This document shows positions 48,693 to 59,251 of a stretch of DNA of 64,000 nucleotides, piece by piece. The stretch covers positions 32,001 through 96,000 of the forward strand of contig JANNXQ010000099.1 of assembly GCA_031409655.1 (NCBI GenBank), written 5' to 3'. The notes under the pieces were generated by a model, which worked only from the letters and a program-made list of their open reading frames with translations, made no database searches and was not told the origin of the DNA. Source of the stretch: Chthoniobacteraceae bacterium. Its GTDB lineage: Bacteria > Verrucomicrobiota > Verrucomicrobiia > Chthoniobacterales > Chthoniobacteraceae. Both the position numbers and the translations under genes were made by a program. Numbering within the stretch: position 1 is the first letter of the stretch; each line of letters opens with the position of its first letter.

Positions 48693-48964
48693 CGACTGCG
48701 CTGGGATGGGTGCTGATCGTCGGTGGATTCGCGTGGATCGCAATGGTCTCTGCCATGAACCCAAGTATGAGCAAAACCATGTGGTCCGATGAAATGGAAC
48801 ACTACCGCGAGGAAAGGAACTACAGCAGGCAGGAAGTCTTCGAGGCGATGCGTGCGGTCGGACGTTCCGTTTCCGCTGGGCTACTGTCCCCGCTGTGGGG
48901 CGGCTTGGCGATGCTCGCAGGGGCCGGACTCATCGGGCGGCGGGCGGAGAAGAAGAATCCGTGA
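48689..48964 (+). CDS. Hypothetical two-TM protein
   Basis: ATGA and GTGA overlaps couple it to ruvX and truA; hydrophobic termini. Confidence 0.6.
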   Translation: MTTALGWVLIVGGFAWIAMVSAMNPSMSKTMWSDEMEHYREERNYSRQEVFEAMRAVGRSVSAGLLSPLWGGLAMLAGAGLIGRRAEKKNP

Positions 48965-49707
48965 GCATCGAGCGCCTACGGTTATTGCTCGCCTACGATG
49001 GTCGCCCGTTTCGCGGATGGCAGAGTCAGGCGACGAAGGATGCGGTGCAGGATTTCGTCGAGGCGGCGTTTGCGAAGATCGTTGGACGGCGCGTGGTCGT
49101 CGTCGGTTCGGGGCGGACGGATGCGGGTGTCCATGCGCTCGGGCAAGTCGCGCACGGCACGGTGCCGGCGGGAATGATGCCGACGGCGAAGTGGCGCGAT
49201 GCCTTGAATGCGAATCTGCCGCCGGAGATCCGCGTGCTGCGCACGAGCGGTGCGCGGGAGAAATTCCATGCGCAGTTCGACGCGCGGGGGAAAATCTATG
49301 GGTATCGGATTTGGAACGGACCCTTCCTGCATCCGCTGGAGATCGGGCGGGCGTGGTTCGTGCCCGGCGCCGTGGATTCTGTGCGGTTGCGGGAATGCGC
49401 GCGGTTGCTCGAAGGCACCCATGACTTTGCCAGCTTTGCGGCGAATCGCGGCGAACCGGTGGCGGACTCTGTGCGCACGATTCGCAGTATCAAGGTCACG
49501 AAGCGCGGCGCAGTGCTCACCCTGCGCTTTGAAGGCAACGGTTTCCTCTACCGCATGGTGCGCCTGCTCACCGGTTCGCTCATCCGCTGCGCGCAACATC
49601 GCGCCGAACCGGAATATCTCACCGACCTCCTCGCCGCTCGCGGCAGCCGGAAGAGCCACTACCAAGCCCCCGCCGAAGGCCTCTACCTGGCGCGAGTCCT
49701 CTATTGA
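48961..49707 (+). CDS. truA: tRNA pseudouridine(38-40) synthase
   Basis: AYDG..FRGWQSQ, GSGRTDAGVHA, HDFASF, FLYRMVR, APAEGLYL. Confidence 0.96.
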   Translation: MSIERLRLLLAYDGRPFRGWQSQATKDAVQDFVEAAFAKIVGRRVVVVGSGRTDAGVHALGQVAHGTVPAGMMPTAKWRDALNANLPPEIRVLRTSGAREKFHAQFDARGKIYGYRIWNGPFLHPLEIGRAWFVPGAVDSVRLRECARLLEGTHDFASFAANRGEPVADSVRTIRSIKVTKRGAVLTLRFEGNGFLYRMVRLLTGSLIRCAQHRAEPEYLTDLLAARGSRKSHYQAPAEGLYLARVLY

Positions 49708-49713
49708 GGAGCT

Positions 49714-50286
49714 TCAGTTCGCCGTCACCGGAGCCTTCGCTTCTCCCACGGTCTTGCCGCCAGAAGGCCGCACGATGATCGCGTATTTGTCGTAAGCAAA
49801 ACTCACCCCGGCCAGTCCCCCGATGTACCGCAGCACCTCGGTGAAGGGAATGTTCGTGAGGTTCAACGTGACCTTTGCGGTTGCCGCCTGCTCGTCCGGG
49901 AGTTGCATGACGAAGTTCACTGGCTGCTGATTGTTGGGCATGTCGTTCACCTTCTTCCGGAGAAACTCGAGCGTCTCGCGCAGCGTCGCTTCCTTGAACT
50001 CGATGTTCGGGATGATGATCGCCGCGAGCTTCTTCTCCACCGCACCCGCGCCGCCTTTTTGCGCCTGCTCGACCTGGATGCGCCGGAGAAAGGCGATGGC
50101 CGTCTGGTTGCGCGGATCGAGTTTGTTCACCATCTGGAAGTTCGCTTTCGCACCTTCAATGTCGCCGCGCATGTAAGCCGTCTGCGCTTCGGTGAGGAGC
50201 GTCTGCACTTCATTCGGCGCCGCCATCGCGCTCGGAAGTGTGACCAATAGCAAGGTGACCGCGCTGAGGAACTGGAGGGTTTTCAT
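49714..50286 (-). CDS. Secreted protein with TPR and STN/secretin-N-like domain
   Basis: Signal peptide, one TPR-like hairpin, then IIIPNIEFKEATLRETLEFL...VTLNLTNIPFTEVLRYI. Confidence 0.7.
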   Translation of the reverse strand: MKTLQFLSAVTLLLVTLPSAMAAPNEVQTLLTEAQTAYMRGDIEGAKANFQMVNKLDPRNQTAIAFLRRIQVEQAQKGGAGAVEKKLAAIIIPNIEFKEATLRETLEFLRKKVNDMPNNQQPVNFVMQLPDEQAATAKVTLNLTNIPFTEVLRYIGGLAGVSFAYDKYAIIVRPSGGKTVGEAKAPVTAN

Positions 50287-50389
50287 GGGAACAGCATGGC
50301 CCAAAAACTGCCAAATGCCAAACTCCTCGCCGGGTTGCGCGGCGCTTTCGCTTTCACTTTCCGTCCGCCGCTTTCAGGGTGCGCGATTC

Positions 50390-51277
50390 GTGAACGTGCC
50401 TCCGTCTTACTTCATCCCACTCGGCTCGGCGCTGGGCTACGGCGTCGCGGCGCTGATGCTCAAGCGCGCGACGGAGCGTGGCGCGGGTTCGTGGCGCGTG
50501 AGCTTCATCGCCAACTGGGTGCTCGCCGCCGTCTTTGGCCTGCTCTGGTTTTGGCCTGCGGAAAATCCCGCCAGCGCGTTGAATGTGGGGCACGCCGCCA
50601 TCACCGGCGGGATCTTTTTCATTGGCCAGGTCTTCACCTTCCTCGCCCTCAGCCGCGGCGCTGTCTCGGTGGCCACGCCGGTGCTGGGGTCGAAGGTGAT
50701 TTTCGTCGCGTTTTTCGCCGCGCTCCTGGGTGACTCAGAGGCCACACCCACGATGTGGGCCGCCGTCCTGCTCACCGCCGTCGCGACGGCCCTGCTCGGT
50801 GGCGGCGGCAGTGTGAAGCAGCGCGAAGTGATCCTGCGCAGCATGCTCTACGGCTTCTGCGCGGCCTCGGCGTTTGCTCTGACCGATGTGCTCCAGCAGC
50901 GCTGGGTGCCGCTCTGGGGCTTCTCCCATTACGCACCCACGCAGTTCCTCACCGTGGCGCTGCTCTCGTTCGGACTCGTTCCTTTCTTCCGCGGCCCACT
51001 GCGCGAGCTTTCGCCATCGGCCTGGCGCTGGGCGCTCGCCGGCGGGACGATCCTGGGCGTGCAAGCTGCCGGTGTCGCCTGGGGCATCGTCTTCATCGGC
51101 GCCACCGTCACCAATGTGCTCTACAACTCCCGCGGGATGTGGAGCGTCGTGCTGGTGTGGACGATTGGACATTGGTTCAGCAACGTGGAGCGCGCCCAAG
51201 GCCGCGCGGTGATGGTCCGCCGACTCGCCGGCTCACTCCTGCTGCTCGCGGCCATCGCGCTGATCGTGCGCCGGTAG
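50390..51277 (+). CDS. DMT/EamA family transporter
   Basis: About ten hydrophobic segments in a duplicated EamA-like arrangement ([12 protein letters not shown]); start approximate. Confidence 0.75.
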   Translation: MNVPPSYFIPLGSALGYGVAALMLKRATERGAGSWRVSFIANWVLAAVFGLLWFWPAENPASALNVGHAAITGGIFFIGQVFTFLALSRGAVSVATPVLGSKVIFVAFFAALLGDSEATPTMWAAVLLTAVATALLGGGGSVKQREVILRSMLYGFCAASAFALTDVLQQRWVPLWGFSHYAPTQFLTVALLSFGLVPFFRGPLRELSPSAWRWALAGGTILGVQAAGVAWGIVFIGATVTNVLYNSRGMWSVVLVWTIGHWFSNVERAQGRAVMVRRLAGSLLLLAAIALIVRR

Positions 51278-51332
51278 TCGCGGAAAAATCCGTTTTCCAA
51301 CGCGCCGTTCGGACCCTACAACTCGCGGCCCT

Positions 51333-52622
51333 ATGAAAATCGTCCTCGCATATTCCGGTGGTCTCGACACGTCCGTGCTCCTCGCCTGGATCAAGGAAAC
51401 GTATCAGGCCGAGGTCGTCGCTTATTGCGCGGATGTCGGGCAGGAGGAGGAACTCGACGGACTCGAAGCCAAGGCGCTGGGCACGGGGGCGAGCAAGATT
51501 TACATCGAGAACCTGTGTGAGGAATTCGCGAGCGATTTCATTTATCCGATGATGCAGGCGGGGGCGATTTACGAGGGGCAATACTTTCTCGGCACTTCGA
51601 TCGCCCGGCCGTGCATCGGCAAGAAGATGGTGGAGATCGCGCGGCAGGAAGGGGCGGATGCGATCGCGCACGGAGCGACGGGGAAGGGGAATGATCAGGT
51701 GCGCTTTGAACTCACCGCGGCAGCGCTGGCGCCGGAGCTCGAAGTGATCGCGCCGTGGCGGCAGGATCGGTTTCGCGAACAGTTTCCGGGTCGCGCGGAG
51801 ATGATCGCTTACTGCGAGGCGAAGGGCATCCCGGTGCAGGCGAGCGCGAAGAAGCCTTACTCGATGGATCGCAATCTTCTGCACATCAGCTTTGAAGCCG
51901 GCATCCTCGAAGACCCGTGGTATGACGCGAGCGCGGAGAAGGCGCGCGACATGTATGTCCTGAGCGTCTCGCCGGAAGAGGCGCCGGATAAGGCGGAGTA
52001 TGTTGAGCTTTCCTTTGAGCAGGGGCTTTGCACGGCGGTGGGTTATCACGAGATCGAAGCGGCGCTTGCGGAGCTTGGTTACAATGGTGCGCTCAAATTC
52101 AATGCCGAGAAGCACGCGATCCTCTCGCCTTACTGGGTGATGAAGGTGCTGAACAAACTCGGCGGACGGCACGGCTGCGGGCGCGTGGACATGGTCGAAA
52201 ATCGTTTCGTGGGGATGAAATCGCGCGGGGTGTACGAGACGCCGGGCGGCTCGATCCTGCACTTCGGCCATCGGCAGATCGAGTCGCTGACCATGGATCG
52301 CGAAGTGATGCACCTGCGCGACTCGCTCGTCCCGCGCTACGCGGCGCTGGTCTACAATGGCTTCTGGTTTGCGCCGGAGCGGGATGCCCTGCAGGCGCTC
52401 GTCACCGAGACGCAGAAAAATGTGCGCGGCGTCGTGCGGATGAAACTTTACAAGGGGAACATCATCGCCGCTGGACGCAAGTCGCCGGTGAGCCTCTACA
52501 ATCCGCACATCGCCACGATGGAGGCTGATCCGACGAAGGCGTACAATCAGAACGACGCCACGGGCTTCATCGCGCTGAATGCGCTCCGACTCAAAGTCGC
52601 CGCCCGCGTGCATCGGGGGTAG
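51333..52622 (+). CDS. argG: Argininosuccinate synthase
   Basis: [42 protein letters not shown]. Confidence 0.98.
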   Translation: MKIVLAYSGGLDTSVLLAWIKETYQAEVVAYCADVGQEEELDGLEAKALGTGASKIYIENLCEEFASDFIYPMMQAGAIYEGQYFLGTSIARPCIGKKMVEIARQEGADAIAHGATGKGNDQVRFELTAAALAPELEVIAPWRQDRFREQFPGRAEMIAYCEAKGIPVQASAKKPYSMDRNLLHISFEAGILEDPWYDASAEKARDMYVLSVSPEEAPDKAEYVELSFEQGLCTAVGYHEIEAALAELGYNGALKFNAEKHAILSPYWVMKVLNKLGGRHGCGRVDMVENRFVGMKSRGVYETPGGSILHFGHRQIESLTMDREVMHLRDSLVPRYAALVYNGFWFAPERDALQALVTETQKNVRGVVRMKLYKGNIIAAGRKSPVSLYNPHIATMEADPTKAYNQNDATGFIALNALRLKVAARVHRG

Positions 52623-52627
52623 CCGCG

Positions 52628-53776
52628 ATGCGCCGCTTTCTTCACGCGTTCGCACTCTCCAAGATTGCACCTGCATTGGTGGTGCTCGCCATGGTCTTCA
52701 CCGGGCACGCTCAGACGACTGCACCAGTCGCCGAGTTGCTCGAAAACATCCGTGCAAAATATAAATTGCCGGCCCTCGCGGCGGCGGTGATGAAGGATGG
52801 CAAGATACTGGCGATCGAGGCGGTGGGCGTGCGCAAGTGGGGTGATGCGATGCCCACGACGGCGGAGGATAAATGGCACATCGGCTCGTGTACCAAGTCG
52901 ATGACGGCGACGCTCGCGGCGATGCTCGTCGAGGACGGGAAAATCGGGTGGGGCACGAAGATCGGCGACGTTTTCCCGGAATGGAGCGAGACGATGGAGC
53001 CGGACTGGCGCAACGTCGCGCTGGAGCATCTGCTCGCGCATCGCGGTGGCGTGCCGACGGAGCCGCCGGCAAACCTTTGGCAGAACGCCTGGCGGGCCAT
53101 CGGGACACCGACGGAGCAGCGGCTGGACTTTGTGCGAGGGCTTCTCCTGCGGCGTCCGGTGGCCAAGCCGGGCGAGAAGATGATCTACTCAAATCAAGGC
53201 TACGCCATCGCCGGAGCGATGCTGGAGCGGGCCGCCGGTCGGCCTTGGGAGCAGTTGCTGCGGGAGCGTTTGTTCCAGCCGCTCGGGATGAACTCAGCGG
53301 GCTTCGGCGCCCCCGGCGATGCGAAGAAGCTGGACCAACCGTGGGGCCATAGACTCAACGGCGCGGAGCCGGTGCCCGTGCTGCCGGGGCCGGGGGCGGA
53401 CAATCCGGTCGCGATCGGCCCGGCGGGCACGGTGCATTGCTCGATCGGCGACCTGGCCCGCTACGCCGCCTGGCAGGCGCAGCCGATTCGCACCACGGCG
53501 CGGATCCTCGGACCGGCGAGTTTTGAAAAGCTGCACACGCCGCCCGCGGGTGGGGATTACGCGCTGGGCTGGGTGGTGGCGAAACGCGATTGGGCCGGTG
53601 GCAAGACACTCATGCACAATGGCTCGAACACGATGTGGTTTGCGGTGATGTGGCTGGCTCCGGCGAAGAATCTGGCGCTGGTGGCCGCGACGAATATCGG
53701 GGGGAAGGAGGCGCAGAAAGGCTGCGACGAGGCCGTCACTGCCTTGCTGCGGCAGGTGGTGAAGGGCGCTCAGTAG
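52628..53776 (+). CDS. Serine hydrolase, beta-lactamase/AmpC-like family, secreted
   Basis: IGSCTKS (SxxK), LLAHRGG, YSN, HNGS; signal peptide. Confidence 0.9.
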   Translation: MRRFLHAFALSKIAPALVVLAMVFTGHAQTTAPVAELLENIRAKYKLPALAAAVMKDGKILAIEAVGVRKWGDAMPTTAEDKWHIGSCTKSMTATLAAMLVEDGKIGWGTKIGDVFPEWSETMEPDWRNVALEHLLAHRGGVPTEPPANLWQNAWRAIGTPTEQRLDFVRGLLLRRPVAKPGEKMIYSNQGYAIAGAMLERAAGRPWEQLLRERLFQPLGMNSAGFGAPGDAKKLDQPWGHRLNGAEPVPVLPGPGADNPVAIGPAGTVHCSIGDLARYAAWQAQPIRTTARILGPASFEKLHTPPAGGDYALGWVVAKRDWAGGKTLMHNGSNTMWFAVMWLAPAKNLALVAATNIGGKEAQKGCDEAVTALLRQVVKGAQ

Positions 53777-54102
53777 CGCGGCACTGCGGGATCGATCTCC
53801 AGCGACCAGGCGTCGATCCCGCCGACGACATTGTGGACGTCCGTAAAACCGGACCGCAGCAGGAAGGCCGTGGCCTGCGCGGAGCGTCCGCCGTGATGAC
53901 ACTGGATGAGCAGCGGTGCAGCGGGATCGGTCAATTTCTCCTGAGCGATGGCGGGCCACTGGGAGAGCGGGAGTAACTCGGCACCTTCAATCCGAGCGAT
54001 GGCCCACTCGTCCTCCTCGCGCACGTCGATCAAGCGCGGCAGCTGTGCTCCGGTGAGGCGCGCGTGCGCCTCGGCGACGCTGATTTCAGGGACGGACGGC
54101 AT
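53770..54102 (-). CDS. Rhodanese-like domain protein
   Basis: LIDVREEDEW, CHHGGRS, GGIDAWS..IDP.VPRY (MoeZ C-terminal type). Confidence 0.92.
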   Translation of the reverse strand: MPSVPEISVAEAHARLTGAQLPRLIDVREEDEWAIARIEGAELLPLSQWPAIAQEKLTDPAAPLLIQCHHGGRSAQATAFLLRSGFTDVHNVVGGIDAWSLEIDPAVPRY

Positions 54103-54701
54103 CAGTGGACGACCTGCACCGGCGTTCCGACGGACACGTGGGCAAAGAACTTCTCCGCCATGAAGCCCGGCATCCGGATGCACCCGTGTGAGGCAGCGTA
54201 GCCGGGCAGAAAACCTTCGTGCATTCCCACGCCGCCCGTGAAGCGCATGAAGAAGGGCATTTTCGCACCGTCGTAAATCGCTCCCGGCGGTCGCTTGTCC
54301 TTCGTCGTGTCGATGTCCTTCTTCACGATGTTGCCCTCCCGATCCACGTAGTTGCCGTAGAGCGACGAGACGTGGTCGCGGTTCTTTTGCAGGATCTTGT
54401 AGCTGCCGGTGGGCGTCGCGAATCCTTCCCGGCCGGTGGAAATCACCGACACGCCCACGAGTTCACCGCTCTTGTAGAAAAAGGCTTTCTGCTCCCCGAG
54501 GTCGATCTTGACCATGGGCGAGCCCGCCACCGAGTCGCCATCCCAGTAGGAGACATTGTCAAAATTTGCCCGCTGCGGCTGCGGAGTCCGGCGATAGCCG
54601 CCGACGTACACGGTCTCATCGCTGAACCGCGGATCGCGCGAACCGCAGCCCGCGAAGAGCACAATGAGGAGGAGGAGAAAGACGCTGCTGGTGAATCGCA
54701 T
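54102..54701 (-). CDS. L,D-transpeptidase family lipoprotein
   Basis: FAGC lipobox; ISTG..TPTG, MPFFMR, MHEG..ASHGCIRM. Confidence 0.92.
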   Translation of the reverse strand: MRFTSSVFLLLLIVLFAGCGSRDPRFSDETVYVGGYRRTPQPQRANFDNVSYWDGDSVAGSPMVKIDLGEQKAFFYKSGELVGVSVISTGREGFATPTGSYKILQKNRDHVSSLYGNYVDREGNIVKKDIDTTKDKRPPGAIYDGAKMPFFMRFTGGVGMHEGFLPGYAASHGCIRMPGFMAEKFFAHVSVGTPVQVVH

Positions 54702-54772
54702 TGAGGCTCGGGAATTTTGAGTGGCGCGCAATAGAACGGGGCTAGCGGGGAGCGTCAAGGGTGGAGGGGGTG

Positions 54773-54855
<83 letters not shown>

Positions 54856-54955
54856 GCCGGCCCTCATTTCCCCTCCTCCGGCCCCTTCCCAAATCGCCGC
54901 TTTGCGGCTCGGCACCGCGTCTGCTATAGGAGCGGCCCAGTTTTTCCTCAACCCA

Positions 54956-55303
54956 ATGCCGACCTACGATTACGAGTGCGAGAAATGCAAAAAGCCTTTC
55001 GAGATTTATCAATCGATGAAGGATGACGCCCTCAAGACGTGCCCGAAAGAGGCCTGCCGGATGAAGACCTGGGGCAAAGGGAAAGTGCGCCGCTGTCTTG
55101 GGACAGGCGCCGGGTTAATCTTCAAGGGCTCAGGATTTTACATCACCGACTATCGCAGCGAGGGCTACAAGGCTTCGGCCAAGAGTGACTCCAGCGCGGC
55201 GGAGACGAAAGCTGCGGAGCCAGCGAAGGCCGAGGCGCCGGCCGCCAAGCCCGCTCCCGCCCCGGCCGAGAAGCCCGCGAAAAAGAAACAACCCTCAAAA
55301 TAA
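54956..55303 (+). CDS. FmdB family zinc ribbon protein
   Basis: MPTYDYECEKC...CPKEAC, FKGSGFYITDY, Ala/Lys/Pro tail. Confidence 0.92.
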   Translation: MPTYDYECEKCKKPFEIYQSMKDDALKTCPKEACRMKTWGKGKVRRCLGTGAGLIFKGSGFYITDYRSEGYKASAKSDSSAAETKAAEPAKAEAPAAKPAPAPAEKPAKKKQPSK

Positions 55304-56068
55304 ATGGCGATCCCGGAAGTAAAACTCACCTGCGGGCAATGTGGCTACGCCAACGAGCCGGAGCGCGTCTATTGCCACAACTGTGGCTCCAAACTCGACC
55401 GTTCGGTGCTCCCAAAGGACGAAGGCAAAAAGAAAGACGAGACGCCCGAGACGGCCCGGAAGCGCATCGCCAAGATGACGAACCCGAGTTCCACGAGCGT
55501 GGGTCGGGAGCTGTTCACATTTGTAAAAGTGGTGGCAGGCGCGGCGGCCTGTGCGGCGCTGTTCCTCACCGCGCTGAAGCCGGAAGACGTGCCGGAGACG
55601 AAGAGCGACATGCTGCCGCGGATGATTTCCATGGAGCTCGCCGATACCCTGGCAATCCCGGCGCCGCGGTCGATCACCTTCACCGAGGCCGACGTGAATG
55701 CGCATCTTTTGAAGACGGTAAAGGCGAAGGAGGGGACCGTGCCCGGGGTCGAGTTCAAGCGGATGTTTGTGAACTTCCTCGGCGGCGATGTGCTCCGGGT
55801 CGGCACGGAACAATCGCTCTGGGGCTACCCGATCTACTCGGGGATGCAGTTCAAGCTCGGGGTCGCCGGCGGCAAGCTGAACGCGGAGTGTGTCGGCGGA
55901 AATTTCGGCCGTCTCAAGGTCCATCCCACCATCATGAAGTACGCGGACTTCGCTTTCCAAAAACTCTGGACGGCGCTCAAGCGCGATCGCGACCAGATGG
56001 ACCGGATGCAAAGCGTGAAGGTCGAGAAGGGGAGCATCCAGCTCGTCACCAAAGGAACGCCGCGGTGA
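55304..56068 (+). CDS. Zinc-ribbon membrane protein
   Basis: CGQCG...YCHNCGSKL, one TM, C-terminal beta-rich domain starting ITFTEADVNAHL. Confidence 0.75.
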   Translation: MAIPEVKLTCGQCGYANEPERVYCHNCGSKLDRSVLPKDEGKKKDETPETARKRIAKMTNPSSTSVGRELFTFVKVVAGAAACAALFLTALKPEDVPETKSDMLPRMISMELADTLAIPAPRSITFTEADVNAHLLKTVKAKEGTVPGVEFKRMFVNFLGGDVLRVGTEQSLWGYPIYSGMQFKLGVAGGKLNAECVGGNFGRLKVHPTIMKYADFAFQKLWTALKRDRDQMDRMQSVKVEKGSIQLVTKGTPR

Positions 56069-57366
56069 AACGCGGTCTGCTGCTCGCCCTCGCCGGATCG
56101 CTGGCGATGCTGTCGGCGGAAGCCGTGGACCCGCGCCAGCGCAGCGACAGCAGTTCGCGGCAGTTCACCGTGTACTGCGAAGACACGGCGCTCCGGCAGC
56201 GGGTGGCCAGTTTTGCGGAGGAGGTCAAAGGGGATCTCATCCGGCTGCTCGGTGAAGAGCGCGACACGGATCGCTGGCGGGCGCCGATCGTCATCACGCT
56301 GGCCCCGAGAAAGACGGCGGAGTACGGCTTGCCGCCGGTGGTGGTGCGGCCAGTGCAGAGCGATTTCGGGTTCCGGGTGGAGATCCAGGTGCGCATCGGC
56401 TCGGACCCGGCGGACGTTTTCCTCCAGAAGCAAATCCTCCGCGCGCTGCTGCTCACTTATTCGTACGGCAGCGCTGGGATCAAACCGGACGAGGTTTTTG
56501 TGGAGGCGCCGTGGTGGGTCGTGGAAGGAGCGCTCCAGATGTTTCGCCGCCGCGATCAGGGCGTGGATACCGCGCTTTTCAAAAAACTCGTGGCCACCGG
56601 CCTCCTCCCGCCGATCGACGAATTCCTCATCGAGAAGCCACCCGAGATCGGTCCCACGGCGCTGGCCATGGACCATTCCTGCGCCATGGCTTTGCTCGAT
56701 CTGCTCATCGAGCAGCCGCGCGGACGGGGCAGCCTCGCCCAGCTCATTCGCGATTGGCCGCGGGGCACGCAGGAGCCGATCGCCGCGCTCGCCGCGGCTT
56801 TCCCCGCGCTGACGGATCGCGAGACGATCCAGCGCTGGTGGACGGTGAGTATCGCGCGGCTGGCGGCGGCGGATCGTTACACGGGGCTGACTTTGGACGA
56901 GACGGATCGCGAGCTGACCGAAAAGCTGCGCGTCACCGTGACCATCGACAAGGCCGGGAAGCGCCGCACCTTTGACGTCAGCGAGTACCGGGATTTTGTG
57001 AAGTTGAAGTCGAGTCGCGACGCCTTGCTCGCCAGCGAAAAGTCGCTCGTCGCGCTCGGTGCCTCCGCCAATCCGCTCTTTCGCCCCGTCATCGCCGAGT
57101 ATCAGCAAATCGTGACTGCGCTCGCTGCCGGAAAGACGCGGGGGATCGACGAGCGTCTGGCGAAAGTCGCGACGTATCGCCAGCAGGTGATCGAGCGGAT
57201 GGCGAAGATCATCGACTACCTGAACTGGTATGAAGCCACCCAGATCGGCACCCGCACGGGCGCCTTTGATAATTACCTGAAAACGGTGCGGGAGATCGAA
57301 AAGCAGGAGGGGAAGGCGTCCGAGCAGATCACGAAGTACCTCGACCAACTCGAAGGCGAGCTGTGA
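56065..57366 (+). CDS. Hypothetical secreted protein (degenerate zincin-like)
   Basis: GTGA overlap; signal peptide; APWWVVEG motif without HExxH. Confidence 0.7.
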   Translation: MKRGLLLALAGSLAMLSAEAVDPRQRSDSSSRQFTVYCEDTALRQRVASFAEEVKGDLIRLLGEERDTDRWRAPIVITLAPRKTAEYGLPPVVVRPVQSDFGFRVEIQVRIGSDPADVFLQKQILRALLLTYSYGSAGIKPDEVFVEAPWWVVEGALQMFRRRDQGVDTALFKKLVATGLLPPIDEFLIEKPPEIGPTALAMDHSCAMALLDLLIEQPRGRGSLAQLIRDWPRGTQEPIAALAAAFPALTDRETIQRWWTVSIARLAAADRYTGLTLDETDRELTEKLRVTVTIDKAGKRRTFDVSEYRDFVKLKSSRDALLASEKSLVALGASANPLFRPVIAEYQQIVTALAAGKTRGIDERLAKVATYRQQVIERMAKIIDYLNWYEATQIGTRTGAFDNYLKTVREIEKQEGKASEQITKYLDQLEGEL

Positions 57367-57454
57367 GGCTGGGGAGGATCGAAACGCGGGATTTGTGCGG
57401 CGGTCCTCAACTTCAACTTCCCTTCACTCCGCGGCTCGCTAGGCTCCCCTCCCG

Positions 57455-58348
57455 ATGTCCTGCTCGAAGATCGATCCCGCCCTGCACCAATCGCGTAAGC
57501 CCGATTGGATCAAGGTCCGGCTCCCGCACAATCCGGTCTTTTTCTCCACAAAGGCGCTGATCTCCGACCTGCGGCTGCACACCGTCTGCGAGAGCGCGCA
57601 GTGCCCGAATCGCTGGGAATGCTGGAGCAGCGGCACGGCCACTTTTATGATCGCCGGAGATCGCTGCACGCGGGCCTGCGGATTCTGTGCGGTGACGACG
57701 GCGAAGCCCCTGGCGCTCGAAGCTGACGAGCCCGCGCGGGTGGCGGAGGCGGTGAAGCGGATGCGGCTGAAGCACGTGGTGGTGACGGCAGTGGCGCGCG
57801 ACGATCTGAAGGATGGCGGCGCGAAACACTTTGCCGAGACCATCGAGGCCATCCGCGCCGCGCAGCCAGAGATGGTGATCGAAGTGCTCACGCCCGACTT
57901 TCATGGGAAGGAGGAATGCCTCGCGCTCATCGCGGGTGCGCGGCCGCATATCTTCAATCACAACCTCGAAACCGTAGAGCGCCTCACGTCCATGGTGCGG
58001 TCGCGCGCCAAGTATCGCCTTTCCCTCACCGTGCTCCGCCGGATGCGCGAGATCGCGCCGGAGATCGTGACGAAGAGCGGCCTCATGCTCGGCCTCGGCG
58101 AGACCGAGCCGGAGATCTTCCAGACGATGGATGACCTGCGCGAAGCCGGCGTGCAGGTGCTCACCATGGGCCAGTATTTGCGGCCCTCGCCGCAGCATCT
58201 GCCGGTGGTCGAGTACGTCCATCCGGATACTTTCCAGTGCTACCGCGAGATCGCGGAGAAAAAGGGCTTCTCCCACGTGGCCTCCGGACCCCTCGTCCGC
58301 AGCTCCTACCATGCGGCAGATTTATACCCTGTGCCCGCGCGCGCCTAG
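57455..58348 (+). CDS. lipA: Lipoyl synthase
   Basis: TVCESAQCPNRWEC, CTRACGFC, NHNLETV, RSSYHA. Confidence 0.97.
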   Translation: MSCSKIDPALHQSRKPDWIKVRLPHNPVFFSTKALISDLRLHTVCESAQCPNRWECWSSGTATFMIAGDRCTRACGFCAVTTAKPLALEADEPARVAEAVKRMRLKHVVVTAVARDDLKDGGAKHFAETIEAIRAAQPEMVIEVLTPDFHGKEECLALIAGARPHIFNHNLETVERLTSMVRSRAKYRLSLTVLRRMREIAPEIVTKSGLMLGLGETEPEIFQTMDDLREAGVQVLTMGQYLRPSPQHLPVVEYVHPDTFQCYREIAEKKGFSHVASGPLVRSSYHAADLYPVPARA

Positions 58349-58366
58349 GCACGCTTTCCGCTCCTT

Positions 58367-59101
58367 ATGAGGCGCATGATCGACCGCACCAAGGTTGCCG
58401 CGCTGATTCCCGCCTATCTGGAGGAGCAGCAAATCCGCACCGTCGCCACGCGCGCTCGCGTGCAGCTCGACACGGTGCTGGTGGTCGATGATGGCTCGGA
58501 TGACCGAACCGCGGACGAAGCTCGCGCGGCGGGCGTGGAGGTGATCCGGCACGAAGCGAATCAGGGAAAGGGAGCGGCGATCAAGACGGGCTTGCGCGCG
58601 CTCACGGAGAAGGCGGGCATCGAGTACATCCTCGTTCTCGATGGCGACGGTCAGCATCTGCCGGAGGAAATCCCCCACTTTATCGCGCAGGTAAACCAGT
58701 CCGGAGCGCCGATGATCGTCGGCAGCCGCATGGATGATCTCACGAAGATGCCGCTGGTCCGCAAGCTCACGAATCTGACGATGTCGCGGCTGATCAGCCA
58801 GGCCTGTGGCCAGGCGATCCCGGATTCGCAGTGCGGCTTCCGGATGTTCCGCCGCGACCTCGCGGTGGCCTTCCTCGGCTGCCCGAGCACGAAGTATGAT
58901 TTTGAAACGGAGATGCTGGTCCTCGCCTCGCGGCGCGGCTGCGAGATCGCCGCGGCGGCGGTGAGCACGATCTACAGCGGGGAGAAGAGCAAGATCCACC
59001 CGGTGCGCGATACCATCCGCTTTATCCAATTGATGACGCGGCTGCGGCGGGCCGCGGCGAGCGCGCCAGTGGCGGTGACTTCGGGCGCGGCGGTGCGGTG
59101 A
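58367..59101 (+). CDS. Glycosyltransferase family 2 (DPM1-like)
   Basis: IPAYLEE, VVDDGSDD, NQGKGAA, LDGDGQH, DSQCGFR. Confidence 0.9.
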   Translation: MRRMIDRTKVAALIPAYLEEQQIRTVATRARVQLDTVLVVDDGSDDRTADEARAAGVEVIRHEANQGKGAAIKTGLRALTEKAGIEYILVLDGDGQHLPEEIPHFIAQVNQSGAPMIVGSRMDDLTKMPLVRKLTNLTMSRLISQACGQAIPDSQCGFRMFRRDLAVAFLGCPSTKYDFETEMLVLASRRGCEIAAAAVSTIYSGEKSKIHPVRDTIRFIQLMTRLRRAAASAPVAVTSGAAVR

Positions 59102-59124
59102 AGCGGTGGGTGCCGAGGCAGGGC

Positions 59125-59195
59125 GGCTCGTGCTCGTCCTCGTCCTCGAAAAAACGCACCGAGGACGAGGACGATGGCGATTGCGATTACGAGCC
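59125..59195. repeat. Inverted hexamer array (CTCGTC family), partly degenerate
   Basis: GGCTCGTGCTCGTCCTCGTCCTCGAA ... CGAGGACGAGGACGATGGCGATTGCGATTACGAGCC. Confidence 0.85.
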
Positions 59196-59251
59196 ACTTT
59201 ACCGGGCTTGCATCGCTCCAGCCGTCTCCTACCCTCCGCGTCCCCTGACCT

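Noticed and set aside
52628..53776. Antibiotic-resistance beta-lactamase
   Set aside because: SxxK/YSN/HNG pattern fits the broad serine hydrolase family; no mobile context.
57407..57421. CTCAACTTCAACTTC upstream of lipA as another heptamer array
   Set aside because: Too short, period 6, and no inverted partner arm.
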